Assembly (NCBI GenBank): GCA_963697335.1
Contig: CAVONQ010000018.1
Location: 192,001-256,000, forward strand
Length of the DNA: 64,000 nucleotides
Source of the DNA: an uncultured cyanobacterium
GTDB taxonomy: Bacteria > Cyanobacteriota > Cyanobacteriia > PCC-6307 > Cyanobiaceae
Direction: 5' to 3'
The translations under genes were made by a program, and so were the position numbers. Positions within the stretch are counted from its first letter, which is position 1. Each line of letters begins with the position of its first letter. Positions 50,397 through 60,292 of this stretch are shown piece by piece. The notes under the pieces are model-generated. The model was not told the origin of the DNA. It searched no databases and saw only the letters and a list, made by a program, of their open reading frames with translations.

Positions 50397-50424
50397 GGGG
50401 CACGGCCTAACGGCGCGGCCCGGA

Positions 50425-51927
50425 TCAGGGCCTGCCGGGTCCCATGGCGCCGAACAGCTGCTGCATCCGCTGCAGCAGGTTCAGCTCCCGCTCCGCCACC
50501 TGCTCCGCCGACACCTGCTCCTGTTCGCAGCGGCGGCGGTTGACCAGATGGGCCAGCTGCTCCAGGAACTGGGGTTCGGCCTCCACCAGGGGCATCAGGT
50601 CGTCGCGCTCCACCTCCAGCAGCACCGTGTCCGCCGCGGCGCGCACGCTGGCGCTGCGGCGGGCACCGGTGCAGAGCCCCATCTCCCCGAACACGTCGCC
50701 CACCCCCAGCCTGGCCAGGCGCGTCTGACCCCCTTGGGGGTTGGTCTTCAGCACGTCCACACCGCCCTGCACGACCTGGAACATGGCGGTGCTTGGATCC
50801 CCCTCGCGCATCACCAGTTCCCCCGGCCCGAAGCGCAGGCAGCGGGTGAGCGGCGCCAGGCGTGCCAGCTGATCCGCCCCCAGCTCCTGGAACAGCCCAT
50901 TGCCGCTCAGCAGCCTGGCCCGGGCGGCCGCATCGATCAGGGCGGGATCATCGGCGGGTGGGGCTGGGTCCTTGGGCCTGAGCTCCCGCACCGGATAGGG
51001 AATGCTGTGGCCGGCACGGCTGAGGGCATACCAGATGTGCTGCAGCACGGCGCTGCGCACCTCCAGCCGTTGCAGCTCACCGGCACCCTGGTGCCACACC
51101 AGCAGCTCATAGGTGATGGCGCTGTCGGCGTAGGCCCCCACCCAGGCCCGCGGCGGCGGCTCCCCCAGCACCCCGGGGCAGTCGGCCATCGCCGCCTCCA
51201 GCAGGGCGCAGGCCTGGCCCGGCGGCAGGGCGTAGTCGAGGCCGATGCTGAAGCGGTTGCCCACCGGCGCCCGCGGCGCGAAACAGCGCGCCATGGCCTG
51301 GGCCACGGTGTCGTTGGGGATCACCAGCAGACTGCCGTCGGAGCACTGCAGGTAGGTGTTCATCAGGGTGACGCTCCTGACCACGCCCGCCTCTCCATTC
51401 ACCTCAATCCAGTCGCCCTCACTGAAGGGGGCATCGAGTTGCAGGCTGATGCCGGCGACCATGTCCTTGAGGGTTTCCTGGGCGGCCAGGCCGAGCACGG
51501 CCGTCAGCACCGCCGAGGTGGTGAACAGCCCCACCAGATTCACCCCCGCCTGCTCGCGCAGCACCAGGGCGGTGTAGGCGGCGGCCAGCACCAGCATGGC
51601 CAGGTCGCGCAGGATCTTTGGCGGCTGGGGCCACCAGCCCAGGCTGCCGGGCACCTGCACGCCGGCCCAGGTGGCCAGCCGGATCAGGGCATAGCCCAGT
51701 AGCAGCAGGTCGAGGCTGGCGAGCCAGCGGCTGGCCGTGGCCCCCACCAGGCTGGCCGGAATGGTGCTGACGGCGCCGTGCACCAGGGCCGCGCCCAGGG
51801 GCAGCAGCAGGGGGAGATCCGGCAGCCGGGTGCGTCGCCTGAGCCAGGCGTGCAGCCCTAACAGACCGAGCGCCAGCAGCAGGGTGAGCACCAGCCCGGG
51901 GATCGCCATCCGCAACAACGCGCCCAT
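50425..51927 (-). CDS. MscS-family mechanosensitive channel with a C-terminal cNMP-binding domain
   Basis: TSAVLTAVLGLAAQETL.D..AG, PFSEGDWI, IPN, SAITY, IPYP; GDVFGEMGLCTGARRSASVRA. Confidence 0.93.
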   Translation of the reverse strand: MGALLRMAIPGLVLTLLLALGLLGLHAWLRRRTRLPDLPLLLPLGAALVHGAVSTIPASLVGATASRWLASLDLLLLGYALIRLATWAGVQVPGSLGWWPQPPKILRDLAMLVLAAAYTALVLREQAGVNLVGLFTTSAVLTAVLGLAAQETLKDMVAGISLQLDAPFSEGDWIEVNGEAGVVRSVTLMNTYLQCSDGSLLVIPNDTVAQAMARCFAPRAPVGNRFSIGLDYALPPGQACALLEAAMADCPGVLGEPPPRAWVGAYADSAITYELLVWHQGAGELQRLEVRSAVLQHIWYALSRAGHSIPYPVRELRPKDPAPPADDPALIDAAARARLLSGNGLFQELGADQLARLAPLTRCLRFGPGELVMREGDPSTAMFQVVQGGVDVLKTNPQGGQTRLARLGVGDVFGEMGLCTGARRSASVRAAADTVLLEVERDDLMPLVEAEPQFLEQLAHLVNRRRCEQEQVSAEQVAERELNLLQRMQQLFGAMGPGRP

Positions 51928-52040
51928 ACCGCCGTACCCAGCCTGGGTCAAAGTGGAACCAGGCTGCTCCAGCCAGCCCCAGGCTGCTGGCTTCGCTGAC
52001 CTCCCCGCTGGCCTCCATCCCGATCGCTGTTCCGTTTCCT

Positions 52041-52385
52041 GTGGCCGATCTCCAGGCAGGGCTGGATCTGTTCCTGCTGCTCGCCATGGGCCATTTCCTG
52101 GCGGATTTCGCCCTGCAGAGCGATCGCATGGCCCAGGAGAAGTGCCCCCAGGCGCGTGGTGTATTGCCCTGGGGTTGGTGGCTGGCCGCCCATGCCGGCA
52201 TCCATGGTTTTCTGGTGGCGGTGATCAGCGGCGTGCCCCTGCTCGGCCTGGCCGAGTGGATCCTGCACGCCGCCATCGACCTGGGCAAGTGCCGCAGGGT
52301 CTACAGCATCGGCGTGGACCAGGCCCTGCACCTGGGCTGCAAGCTGCTCTGGGTGGCGGTGCTGACGCTGGGCTGGCTGGCCTGA
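52041..52385 (+). CDS. DUF3307 family membrane protein
   Basis: GHFLADFALQ, HAGIH, HAAID..K, DQALH. Confidence 0.9.
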   Translation: MADLQAGLDLFLLLAMGHFLADFALQSDRMAQEKCPQARGVLPWGWWLAAHAGIHGFLVAVISGVPLLGLAEWILHAAIDLGKCRRVYSIGVDQALHLGCKLLWVAVLTLGWLA

Positions 52386-52404
52386 GCCCCGGCGGCGCCC
52401 TGCC

Positions 52405-54366
52405 TCAGGACTGCAGGTAGGTGGTCTGCCCCAGGCTGTGCTCCAGGTGGGCCATCAGCCGCCGTGCGTCGCTGATCTTCAGCTGGCCCCCGTTGATCGC
52501 CTCCTCGCTGGCCAGCCGCAGCCGCTCCAGCAGTTGGCGGGGGTCGTGCTCCATCACCTCCAGCACTTCGGCATTGGTGTCACCCCGCACCACGTGATCC
52601 ACCACGTAGTGCCCCGCCGTGCCCAGACGGATGTGCACCGCATTGGTGCTGCCGAACAGGTTGTGGAGGTTGCCCATCACCTCCTGGTAGGCCCCGGCCA
52701 GGAACAGGCCCACCCAGTAGGGCTCCCCGGGGCGGGGCGGGTGCAGTTCCAGCAACGTCTTCACCTGGCCCCGGTCGATGAAGCGGGCCAGCTTGCCGTC
52801 GGAGTCGCAGGTGAGGTCGGCGAAGCTGCCCAGGCCCGTGGGGCGCTCGTCGAGGCGCTGGATCGGCAGCACCGGGAACAGCTGGTCGATGGCCCAGGTG
52901 TCCGGTGCTGAGCGGAACACCGAGAGGTTGGCGTAGTAGGTGCTGGCCAGGGCGGCCTGCAGGGCGCCCAGCTGCTCGGGGATCTCGGTGCCCTCCGGCA
53001 GCGCGGCGAGCCGGGCGGCGATCGCCTCGGCGCAGGCCCAGGTGAGCTGCTCGGCGCGGGCCCGCTGGGGCAGCCCCAGATAGCCGAGCCGGAAGGCGGC
53101 CAGGGCGTCGTCCTTGAACTTGAGGGCATCGTTCCAGGCCTCCTGCATCAGCTCGCAGTTCAGATCGGGCCTGGTGCCTGCCCCAGGCGCGGCGCTGGCC
53201 TCGATCGTGGCCAGGGTCTCGCGCAGGTTGTGCACCGTGAGCGGCTCGTCCGATTCTTCGGGGGGCACACCGCAGGGGGGGTGGCCCGTGCCGAGCACGT
53301 CGAACACCAGCACCGAGAAGTGGCTGGCGATGGCCCGGCCGCTCTCGCTCACCAGGGTGGGCACCGCCACCCCATGGGGCGCGCAGCACTCGCGCACCGT
53401 GGCCACCACGTCGTTGGCGTAGTTCTGCAGCGAATAGTTCTTGGAGGCGGCGGTGGCCGTGCGGCTGCCGTCGTAGTCGATCCCCAGGCCACCGCCCACA
53501 TCCAGCAGACCCATCGGCGCCCCCAGCCGGGTGAGCTCCACGTAGATCTGCCCCGCTTCCTGCAGGGCGTCCTTGAGCACGGCGATGTCGTTGATCTGGC
53601 TGCCGATGTGGAAGTGCAGCAGGCGCAGCTCGCCGAGCAGATCGGCCTGGCGCAGGGCCTCCACGGTGGCGAGCAGGTCGGGCACCGACAGGCCGAACTT
53701 GGCCCGCTCCCCCACCGAGCTGCCCCAGCGGCCGGTGCTGCGGCTGGAGAGCTTGGCCCGCACGCCGATCAGCGGGGCGGCGCCGAGCTCATGGCTGGCC
53801 CGGATGATGCGCTCCACCTCATCGGCCTGCTCGATCACCACCACCGGCTGCCGCCCCAGCCGCCGCGCCAGGATCGCCGTCTCGATGTAGCGCTGGTCCT
53901 TGTAGCCGTTGCAGATCAGCAGGGCCTGGGGGTCGTCCACCAGGGAGAGGGCGATCAGCAGCTCCGCCTTGCTGCCGGCCTCCAGGCCGAAATGCCAGCG
54001 CCGGCCGCTCTCCACCAGCTGCTCCACCACGTGGCGCTGCTGGTTGCACTTCACCGGGAACACCCCCTGGTAGCGGCCGGCGTAGCCGTACTGGGCGATG
54101 GCCCGCTCGAAGGCGGCATGGAGCCGCTCCAGCCGGTCTTCGAGGATGTCGTCGAAGCGGATCAGCAGCGGCAGCGAGAGGTCGCGCCCCTGCAGCTCCC
54201 GCACCAGCTCCACCAGATCCAGGGAGCCGCCCCGGTCGCCCCTGGGCTGCACAATCACGTGGCCGCGGCTGTTGACGGAGAAGTAGGGGTCGCCCCAGCG
54301 ATCCAGGCCATAGAGGCTGGCGCCGTCCTCGGCGGTCCAGGTGCTGGGGGGGGCGGTGAGCACCAT
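52405..54366 (-). CDS. speA: Biosynthetic arginine decarboxylase
   Basis: [56 protein letters not shown] at 54366. Confidence 0.98.
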   Translation of the reverse strand: MVLTAPPSTWTAEDGASLYGLDRWGDPYFSVNSRGHVIVQPRGDRGGSLDLVELVRELQGRDLSLPLLIRFDDILEDRLERLHAAFERAIAQYGYAGRYQGVFPVKCNQQRHVVEQLVESGRRWHFGLEAGSKAELLIALSLVDDPQALLICNGYKDQRYIETAILARRLGRQPVVVIEQADEVERIIRASHELGAAPLIGVRAKLSSRSTGRWGSSVGERAKFGLSVPDLLATVEALRQADLLGELRLLHFHIGSQINDIAVLKDALQEAGQIYVELTRLGAPMGLLDVGGGLGIDYDGSRTATAASKNYSLQNYANDVVATVRECCAPHGVAVPTLVSESGRAIASHFSVLVFDVLGTGHPPCGVPPEESDEPLTVHNLRETLATIEASAAPGAGTRPDLNCELMQEAWNDALKFKDDALAAFRLGYLGLPQRARAEQLTWACAEAIAARLAALPEGTEIPEQLGALQAALASTYYANLSVFRSAPDTWAIDQLFPVLPIQRLDERPTGLGSFADLTCDSDGKLARFIDRGQVKTLLELHPPRPGEPYWVGLFLAGAYQEVMGNLHNLFGSTNAVHIRLGTAGHYVVDHVVRGDTNAEVLEVMEHDPRQLLERLRLASEEAINGGQLKISDARRLMAHLEHSLGQTTYLQS

Positions 54367-54428
54367 GGCCCGGCACCGTGCATGTGGCGTTACGGAATGT
54401 AGGCAGGGTGCAGCAGAGCCGCTGGGGC

Positions 54429-54463
54429 CGGGCTGCTTGCCAAGCGGGCTGCTTGCCAAGCGG
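54429..54463. repeat. 16-bp tandem repeat of palindromic units in the speA/ndk divergent promoter region
   Basis: CGGGCTGCTTGCCAAG at 54429 and 54445; each period contains the inverted repeat GCTTG-C-CAAGC. Confidence 0.9.
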
Positions 54464-54506
54464 TGGGCCGGCCACGGACGATGGCGCCACTCCCTTCGAT
54501 CACCCC

Positions 54507-54965
54507 ATGGCCACCGAACGCACTTTCATCGCCATCAAGCCCGATGGTGTTCAGCGGGGCCTGGTGGCTGAAATCCTGGGCCGCTTCGAGCGCAAGGGCT
54601 TCAAGCTGGTGGGCCTCAAGCAGCTCACCCCCAGCCGCGAGCTGGCTGAAAACCACTACGGCGTGCACCGGGAGCGTCCCTTCTTCGCCGGGCTGGTGGA
54701 CTTCATCACCTCCGGCCCCGTGGTGGCGATGGTGTGGGAGGGCGACGGTGTCATTGCCAGCGCCCGCAAGCTGATCGGAGCCACCAAGCCCCTGGAGGCC
54801 GAGCCCGGCACGATCCGCGGCGACCTGGCCGTGAACATCGGCCGCAACGTGATCCACGGCTCCGACGCCCCCGAAACGGCTGTGTTCGAGATCGGTCTCT
54901 GGTTCCAGCCCTCCGAGCTGAGCGACTGGACGCCATCGGACCAGGGCTGGCGCAGCGAGGGCTGA
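54507..54965 (+). CDS. ndk: Nucleoside diphosphate kinase
   Basis: [30 protein letters not shown]. Confidence 0.99.
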   Translation: MATERTFIAIKPDGVQRGLVAEILGRFERKGFKLVGLKQLTPSRELAENHYGVHRERPFFAGLVDFITSGPVVAMVWEGDGVIASARKLIGATKPLEAEPGTIRGDLAVNIGRNVIHGSDAPETAVFEIGLWFQPSELSDWTPSDQGWRSEG

Positions 54966-54995
54966 GTCGCCAGGCTGGGGGGCCGCCCCCCGCCG

Positions 54996-55694
54996 ATGAC
55001 CCCGCCCCGAGGCCCCCTGGGGGGACTGGCCCCCACCCTTGTCGTCGCCACCCTCCTCGCCCTGGGGGCCGGCCCCGGCGTCGAGGCGGCCCGACCCCTG
55101 CCCAGGGTGGTGGATGTGCCCTCCCGGCCGGCCTTTGTGCGGCCCCCCGGCAGCAGGGAGCAATCCGCCCGGGTCGGCCAGCGCCTTCCAGGCCGCTCCG
55201 TGCTGCGCACCCAGCGGCCCGGCCGGCTGCAGGTGGAACTGGCCAATGGCCGCAACTTTCGGCTCGGCGGCGATGCGGTGATGCGCCTGACGGCCTCGGG
55301 CCTTGATCTGGAGCGCGGTCAGCTGATCGCCTGGATCAACCCCGGCGCCAAGGGGGGCGGGCCGCTGCGGGTGCGGACCCGGGTCGGCACCGCCTCGATC
55401 GAGGGCACCACCGTGTTCCTGGAGGTGGATGACAGCAGTGTGCTGGTGTTCAGCTGGGAGGGCGAGGTGCGGCTGACCCCGGCAGCCCAGGCCGGTCAGC
55501 CGTCGACCCCGGTGCTCCTGCGCAGCGGTGAGCAGGCCACCTACCGCGATGGCGCCTGGCTGCCCCCCCGGCGCCTCGACCCCGGCGCGGCGGGAGAGCG
55601 GCGGCGCACCAGCATCCTGTTGAACGGCTTCACGGCGCCCATGGCCACCCTGCCGGTGATCGAGCGGGAGCTGGGGCTGTCGGATTCCCCGTGA
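54996..55694 (+). CDS. Exported FecR-domain protein 1
   Basis: Signal peptide ending VEA; LRT...L.L..G...RLG, L.LERG, VRT..GTASIEGT, EGEV, LRSGEQ; GTGA overlap with the next gene. Confidence 0.85.
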   Translation: MTPPRGPLGGLAPTLVVATLLALGAGPGVEAARPLPRVVDVPSRPAFVRPPGSREQSARVGQRLPGRSVLRTQRPGRLQVELANGRNFRLGGDAVMRLTASGLDLERGQLIAWINPGAKGGGPLRVRTRVGTASIEGTTVFLEVDDSSVLVFSWEGEVRLTPAAQAGQPSTPVLLRSGEQATYRDGAWLPPRRLDPGAAGERRRTSILLNGFTAPMATLPVIERELGLSDSP

Positions 55695-57577
55695 AGCGGT
55701 CGCGGCGTGGGGGCCAGCCAGCCCTCTGGACCCTGGGGGTGCTGCTGCCGCTGCTGGCCTCCCTGCCGCCGCTGCGGCCTACCCCGGTGGGCGAAGCACT
55801 CGCTGCGGCCGAGGCCGCGTGGCGCGGGCTGGGGTGGCGGTTGGGCGGGGCCCTCGCCACCGGGCTCGGGGCGCCCGCCGATCCGGTGGTGCTGGCCATC
55901 GATGCGGACTCCCTCGACCTCGCCCAGCTGCTGGGGCCGGCAGAGCGCCAGGCCTCGCCGCTGTGGCGGCGGATGGGGCCCTGGCCCTGGCCCCGGGCCC
56001 TCCAGGCCGACCTGGCCGCCTGGGTGCTGGAGCGCGGCGCCGCCCGGGTGCTGTTCAACGTGGTGCTCAGCGAGCCGAGCCGTTTCGGTCCGCAGGACGA
56101 TCGGGCCTTCGTGGAGCGCCTCAGGCCCTGGGCCCAGCAGGTGGTGCTGGCCACGGCCTACAGCAGCAGGGCGTCCGCGGCGGATGGGATCGAGCTGGCC
56201 CAGCTGAGGGGGCCCCTGCCCCTGCTGGCCTCGGCGGCCGAGCCGCCCGCCGGGCTCACGGCCCTGCTGCAGAGCCCCCAGGGCTACACCGAGGCCCTCC
56301 CGGGCCGCCGCTGGCTGGAGACCCACCTGGCCCCATTCCGGCCGCCCTGGCCGTTGCCCCTCGCCGACCGGGCCCGCCCCGGCGCCCTCCCCCCCTCGGG
56401 ACCCCGCTACATCGCCTTCCCGCCCCCGGCCGGCCGCCCCCGGCTGGTGCCGGCCTGGCAACTGCCGGAGCTTCCCGAGGGCTACTGGCGTGGCCGCACC
56501 GTGCTGATCGGCGTCACAGCTGCGGCCCTGGGGGACCAGATGGAAACCCCCTTCGGCGCGCTCAGCGGCACGGAGGTGCAGGCGGCGGCCCTGGCCAGCG
56601 TGTTGCAGGGCCGGGCCCTGGCGCCCCTCGCCGGCCCTCCGGCCCTGGCGCTGCTGCTGGGCTGGGCCGCCGCCACCCTGCTGCTGCTCCGGCGGGCCCG
56701 CCAGCTGCAGGCCACCGCCCTGCGCCTGCTGGGGCTGGTGGGGGTGGCGCTGCTGCTGGCGGCCCTGGCCTGGGGGCTGCTGCAGCTCTGGCTGCCGCTC
56801 ACCACCCTGCTGCTGATCCCCCTGGGCGGCGGCGGCCTGCGGGGCCTGGGCCAGTGGCGGCATGAGAGCCGGGAGCGGGCCTACCTGCACCAGGTGCTCG
56901 CCAGGCGCGTCTCGCCGGCCCTGCTGCAGGACATCCTGCGCCGACCGGGACCCCTCGGCACCGAGCTGGGGGGGCGCCGCTGCACCTGCGTGCTGCTCTT
57001 TGCCGACCTGGTGGACTTCACGCCCCTCAGCGCCAGGCTCGAGCCGCCGGCCCTGTTCGCCCTGCTGAACCGCTACTTCGAGGCCATTGCCGCCGCAGTG
57101 ATCGAGCAGCAGGGGTTGCTCGACAAGTTCATCGGCGATGCGCTGATGGCGGAGTTCGGGGTGCCCCGCAGCCGCGGCGACGCGGCGGAGGCCCTGGCCG
57201 CCGTGCGGGCCGCCCTGACCATGCAGGCGCGGCTGCAGGCCCTGAACCGGGAGCTGGAGGCCCAGGGGCAGCCCCCGCTGCGCCACGGCATCGGCCTGCA
57301 TGTGGGGGAGGTGATCGCCGGCAATCTCGGCTCCTCCGAGCGGCTCGAATACACCGTTGTGGGGGCTGCGGTGAACGTGGCCAGCCGCCTGGAGGGACTG
57401 ACCCGCCTCCACCCGCACCACCCGATCCTGATCAGTGGCGAACTGCTGGCCCTGCTGCCCGCCGGGGTGCGGGTCGTGCCCTTGGGCTGTCACCGGCTGA
57501 AGGGCTGGCCGACGCTCCTGGAGGTGTATGGCCTGCAGGGGCTGGACGAGGCGGGAGACGCCGGGGCTGTGGGGTGA
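55691..57577 (+). CDS. CHASE2-domain membrane adenylate cyclase 1 (class III)
   Basis: VVLAID..S, WPWPR, VLIG, TP.G..SG.EVQA, 3 TM helices; FADLVDFT, DKFIGD, YTVVG..VNVASRLE. Confidence 0.93.
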   Translation: MKRSRRGGQPALWTLGVLLPLLASLPPLRPTPVGEALAAAEAAWRGLGWRLGGALATGLGAPADPVVLAIDADSLDLAQLLGPAERQASPLWRRMGPWPWPRALQADLAAWVLERGAARVLFNVVLSEPSRFGPQDDRAFVERLRPWAQQVVLATAYSSRASAADGIELAQLRGPLPLLASAAEPPAGLTALLQSPQGYTEALPGRRWLETHLAPFRPPWPLPLADRARPGALPPSGPRYIAFPPPAGRPRLVPAWQLPELPEGYWRGRTVLIGVTAAALGDQMETPFGALSGTEVQAAALASVLQGRALAPLAGPPALALLLGWAAATLLLLRRARQLQATALRLLGLVGVALLLAALAWGLLQLWLPLTTLLLIPLGGGGLRGLGQWRHESRERAYLHQVLARRVSPALLQDILRRPGPLGTELGGRRCTCVLLFADLVDFTPLSARLEPPALFALLNRYFEAIAAAVIEQQGLLDKFIGDALMAEFGVPRSRGDAAEALAAVRAALTMQARLQALNRELEAQGQPPLRHGIGLHVGEVIAGNLGSSERLEYTVVGAAVNVASRLEGLTRLHPHHPILISGELLALLPAGVRVVPLGCHRLKGWPTLLEVYGLQGLDEAGDAGAVG

Positions 57578-57608
57578 GAATGGCGCCGTTGCCTGCCCTG
57601 GAGCCGTG

Positions 57609-58385
57609 ATGACGTCCCCCCTGACGTCCACCCCGCAGAAGCGGCAGCCCTCGGGTGTGATACGGGCAGTCCGGCGGCGCATGCTGCCGCTCGCCGCGGC
57701 GCTGCTGCTGGCCCCGCTGGGCCCCGCCCAGGCCCGGGAGGCCGCCACGGTGCAGGAAATCCTCGATGGCCGCGAGTTCTACATCGACAGCCAGGAGGCC
57801 CGGGTGAAGCAGCGGGCCACCGCGCCCCAGGAGATCAGCACCCGCAAGAGCCGCGGCCAGATCCGCTTCGACACCGGTGCGGCGGGCCGGGTGAACCGCT
57901 TCTCCCAGCTGCGCCTGGGCAGCGGCTGCTTCCTGCTCAAGAAGGGGCAGATCCTGGTGTCCGGGCCCCAGAGCGGCTGCACCCGCTCATCGCGCCTGAG
58001 TGTGCGGGGCACCAACTACCTGCTGGAGGTGCGGGACGACGGCGAGGCCGAGCTCTCCGTGCTGGAAGGCGCTGTGGAGATCGAGCCGCTGCGGGACGGC
58101 GAGCCGATCCCCGCCGATGAGCCCGGCGCCGCCGCCCCCACCCGGGTGGAAGCGGGCCAGCGGGTGACGCTGTCGCCAACCGGGGTGGTGCTCACCATCC
58201 TGCGGTTGAGCTCGGGCGACTACAGCTCGATCCTGGGAGGGCCGCTGTTCAGGGGATTCAGCGTGTCCCTGCCGGGGATGGGCTCCCTGGAGAGCTATCT
58301 GCGCCGGGCCATGCCGGACGTGCGCCTGCCGGGCTCCTCGTTCACGCCTTCCCTGCCGATCTTCGGCTTGCCCAGCTTCTTCTGA
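57609..58385 (+). CDS. Exported FecR-domain protein 2
   Basis: Signal peptide ending AQA; SVRGT, VLEGAV, AGQ. Start uncertain (57609 or 57681). Confidence 0.85.
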   Translation: MTSPLTSTPQKRQPSGVIRAVRRRMLPLAAALLLAPLGPAQAREAATVQEILDGREFYIDSQEARVKQRATAPQEISTRKSRGQIRFDTGAAGRVNRFSQLRLGSGCFLLKKGQILVSGPQSGCTRSSRLSVRGTNYLLEVRDDGEAELSVLEGAVEIEPLRDGEPIPADEPGAAAPTRVEAGQRVTLSPTGVVLTILRLSSGDYSSILGGPLFRGFSVSLPGMGSLESYLRRAMPDVRLPGSSFTPSLPIFGLPSFF

Positions 58386-58414
58386 GGCCCGTTCTGCTCC
58401 AAGCCGTCTTCACC

Positions 58415-60292
58415 ATGCGCCGTGCCCTCGCTCTGGCCCTCGCCTCCGGCCTGGTGGCCGTGGTGGGCGGCTGGCTGACGGCGCGCCCGCCCCAGCCCCT
58501 GCGGGTGGTGGAGCGGGGCCTGGAGGATCAGCTGGTGCGCCTGCGCGGCCGCCGGGCCGTGCCCCAGACCGTGGTGCTGATCGCCATTGACGACTCCACC
58601 CTGCAGCAGGGGGCCTGGTTCGCGGACCAGTCCCAAGGGGCCTCGGCGATCCCCTCCTGGGCCGAGGGGCTGAGCACCCTGCCCTGGCCGCGGGCCCGCT
58701 ACGGCGACCTGCTCGACCGCCTCGGTGAGGCCAGCCCGGCCGCGGTGGCGATCAACGTGGTGTTCGAGGGCAGCAGCGGCGCGGGTGACGCCGACGATCA
58801 GGCCCTGGCTGCGGCCATTCGCCGCCGGGGTGGGCAGGTGGTGCTCGCCGCCGAGGTGATGGAGGTGCGCGACAGCAGCTACGTGGGCCTGAGCCTGGCG
58901 CCCCCCGCCGATCCGCTGCGGCTGGCGGCCGGGCCCGACGCCATCGGCATCACCAACACCCTGCCCGGCGGCCATGGTGAGGCCCACCCCCATCCGCGCA
59001 CCTACAGCGAACGGGTGCTGGCCCTGGTGGGGGCCAGTCCCCAGAAGCCGCTGTCCGAGGCGGTGCTGGCGCGCTCCGGGCGCCGCAGCCGCCAGGACGA
59101 TGCCCGGCGCCAGCTCAGCTTCTACGGGCCCGAGGGTTCCTTTGAAAGGATCCCGGCCTGGGAAGTGCTCGATCCGGAGCGCTGGCGCAACCATCCGAAA
59201 CGCAGCCTGATCCGCGATGCCGTGGTGCTGATCGGGCCGGTGGGCGCCCAGGGTGGCGCCGGCACCGCCACGCCGTTCGGCAGCCTGTCGGGGCTCGAGA
59301 TGCTGGCCACCGCCACGGCCAACTCCCTGCAGGGCGACGGCCTGCGCCCGTGGCCCGAGCGCCCCCTGCCCCGAGGCCTGCTGGCGATGCTGCCGCTGCT
59401 GCTGGTGGGGGGCCTGGCCCTGGTGCGGGGCGGGGTGGGCTGGCGGCTCGGCCTGGTGGGGGCGGCCCTGGCCCTGCAGCTGGGGGTGGCCTGGTTCAGC
59501 TTTGATCGCCTCGCCGTGTGGCTGCCCCTGCTGGTGCCGGGCTCCGCCCTGGTGCTGCTGGGCGTGCTCTACGGCGCTGACGCCTACCTGGCGGAGGAGG
59601 GCGAGCGGCGGCGGCTGCGGCGCACCTTCGAGCGCTACGTGGCCCCCAGCGTGGTGGCCGAGATCCTCTCGGACCCGGCCGAGGCGGAGGGCATCCTGCG
59701 GGGCCGGCAGCTGCCGGTCACGGTGCTGTTCTCCGACCTCAAGGGCTTCACCCAGCTCACCAACGCCCGCAGCGGCCGGGGCCAGATCGAGCTGCACGTG
59801 CGCCAGCTCAACCGCTACCTCGGCGAGATGGTGGAGGTGATCAACGCCCATGGCGGCACGGTGGACAAGTTCATCGGCGATGCCGTGATGGCTGTGTTCG
59901 GCTCCCCGATCGGCCGCGGCCCCGAGGCGGAGGCCACCGCCGCCGTGCGCTGTGCCGTGGAGATGCGCCGGGCCCTGCAGCGGCTGAATGGGGCCTGGCG
60001 CGCCGAGGGTCTCGAACCCCTGGACAGCGGCATCGGCCTGGCCTCAGGTGAGGTGATCGTGGGGCAGATCGGCAGCCCGCGGCGCATGGAGTTCACCGTG
60101 ATCGGCGACAAGGTGAACCTGGCCAGCCGCATGGAGGGCCTCACCCGCACGGCCGGGGCGCCGTTGCTGTTCGATGCCGCCACCGCCGAGCTGGTGCAGG
60201 CGGTGCTGCCGGTGCAGGCCCTGGGGGACCAGGCGGTGAAGGGGATGGGGGAGATGCCCGTGTTCACCCTCAGCAGCCTGCCGCCGGACTGA
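58415..60292 (+). CDS. CHASE2-domain membrane adenylate cyclase 2 (class III)
   Basis: VVLIAIDDSTL, PWPR, D.ALA.AI, VLIG, TPFG.LSGLE; FSDLKGFT, DKFIGD, FTVIGDKVNLASRME, VKG. Confidence 0.94.
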   Translation: MRRALALALASGLVAVVGGWLTARPPQPLRVVERGLEDQLVRLRGRRAVPQTVVLIAIDDSTLQQGAWFADQSQGASAIPSWAEGLSTLPWPRARYGDLLDRLGEASPAAVAINVVFEGSSGAGDADDQALAAAIRRRGGQVVLAAEVMEVRDSSYVGLSLAPPADPLRLAAGPDAIGITNTLPGGHGEAHPHPRTYSERVLALVGASPQKPLSEAVLARSGRRSRQDDARRQLSFYGPEGSFERIPAWEVLDPERWRNHPKRSLIRDAVVLIGPVGAQGGAGTATPFGSLSGLEMLATATANSLQGDGLRPWPERPLPRGLLAMLPLLLVGGLALVRGGVGWRLGLVGAALALQLGVAWFSFDRLAVWLPLLVPGSALVLLGVLYGADAYLAEEGERRRLRRTFERYVAPSVVAEILSDPAEAEGILRGRQLPVTVLFSDLKGFTQLTNARSGRGQIELHVRQLNRYLGEMVEVINAHGGTVDKFIGDAVMAVFGSPIGRGPEAEATAAVRCAVEMRRALQRLNGAWRAEGLEPLDSGIGLASGEVIVGQIGSPRRMEFTVIGDKVNLASRMEGLTRTAGAPLLFDAATAELVQAVLPVQALGDQAVKGMGEMPVFTLSSLPPD

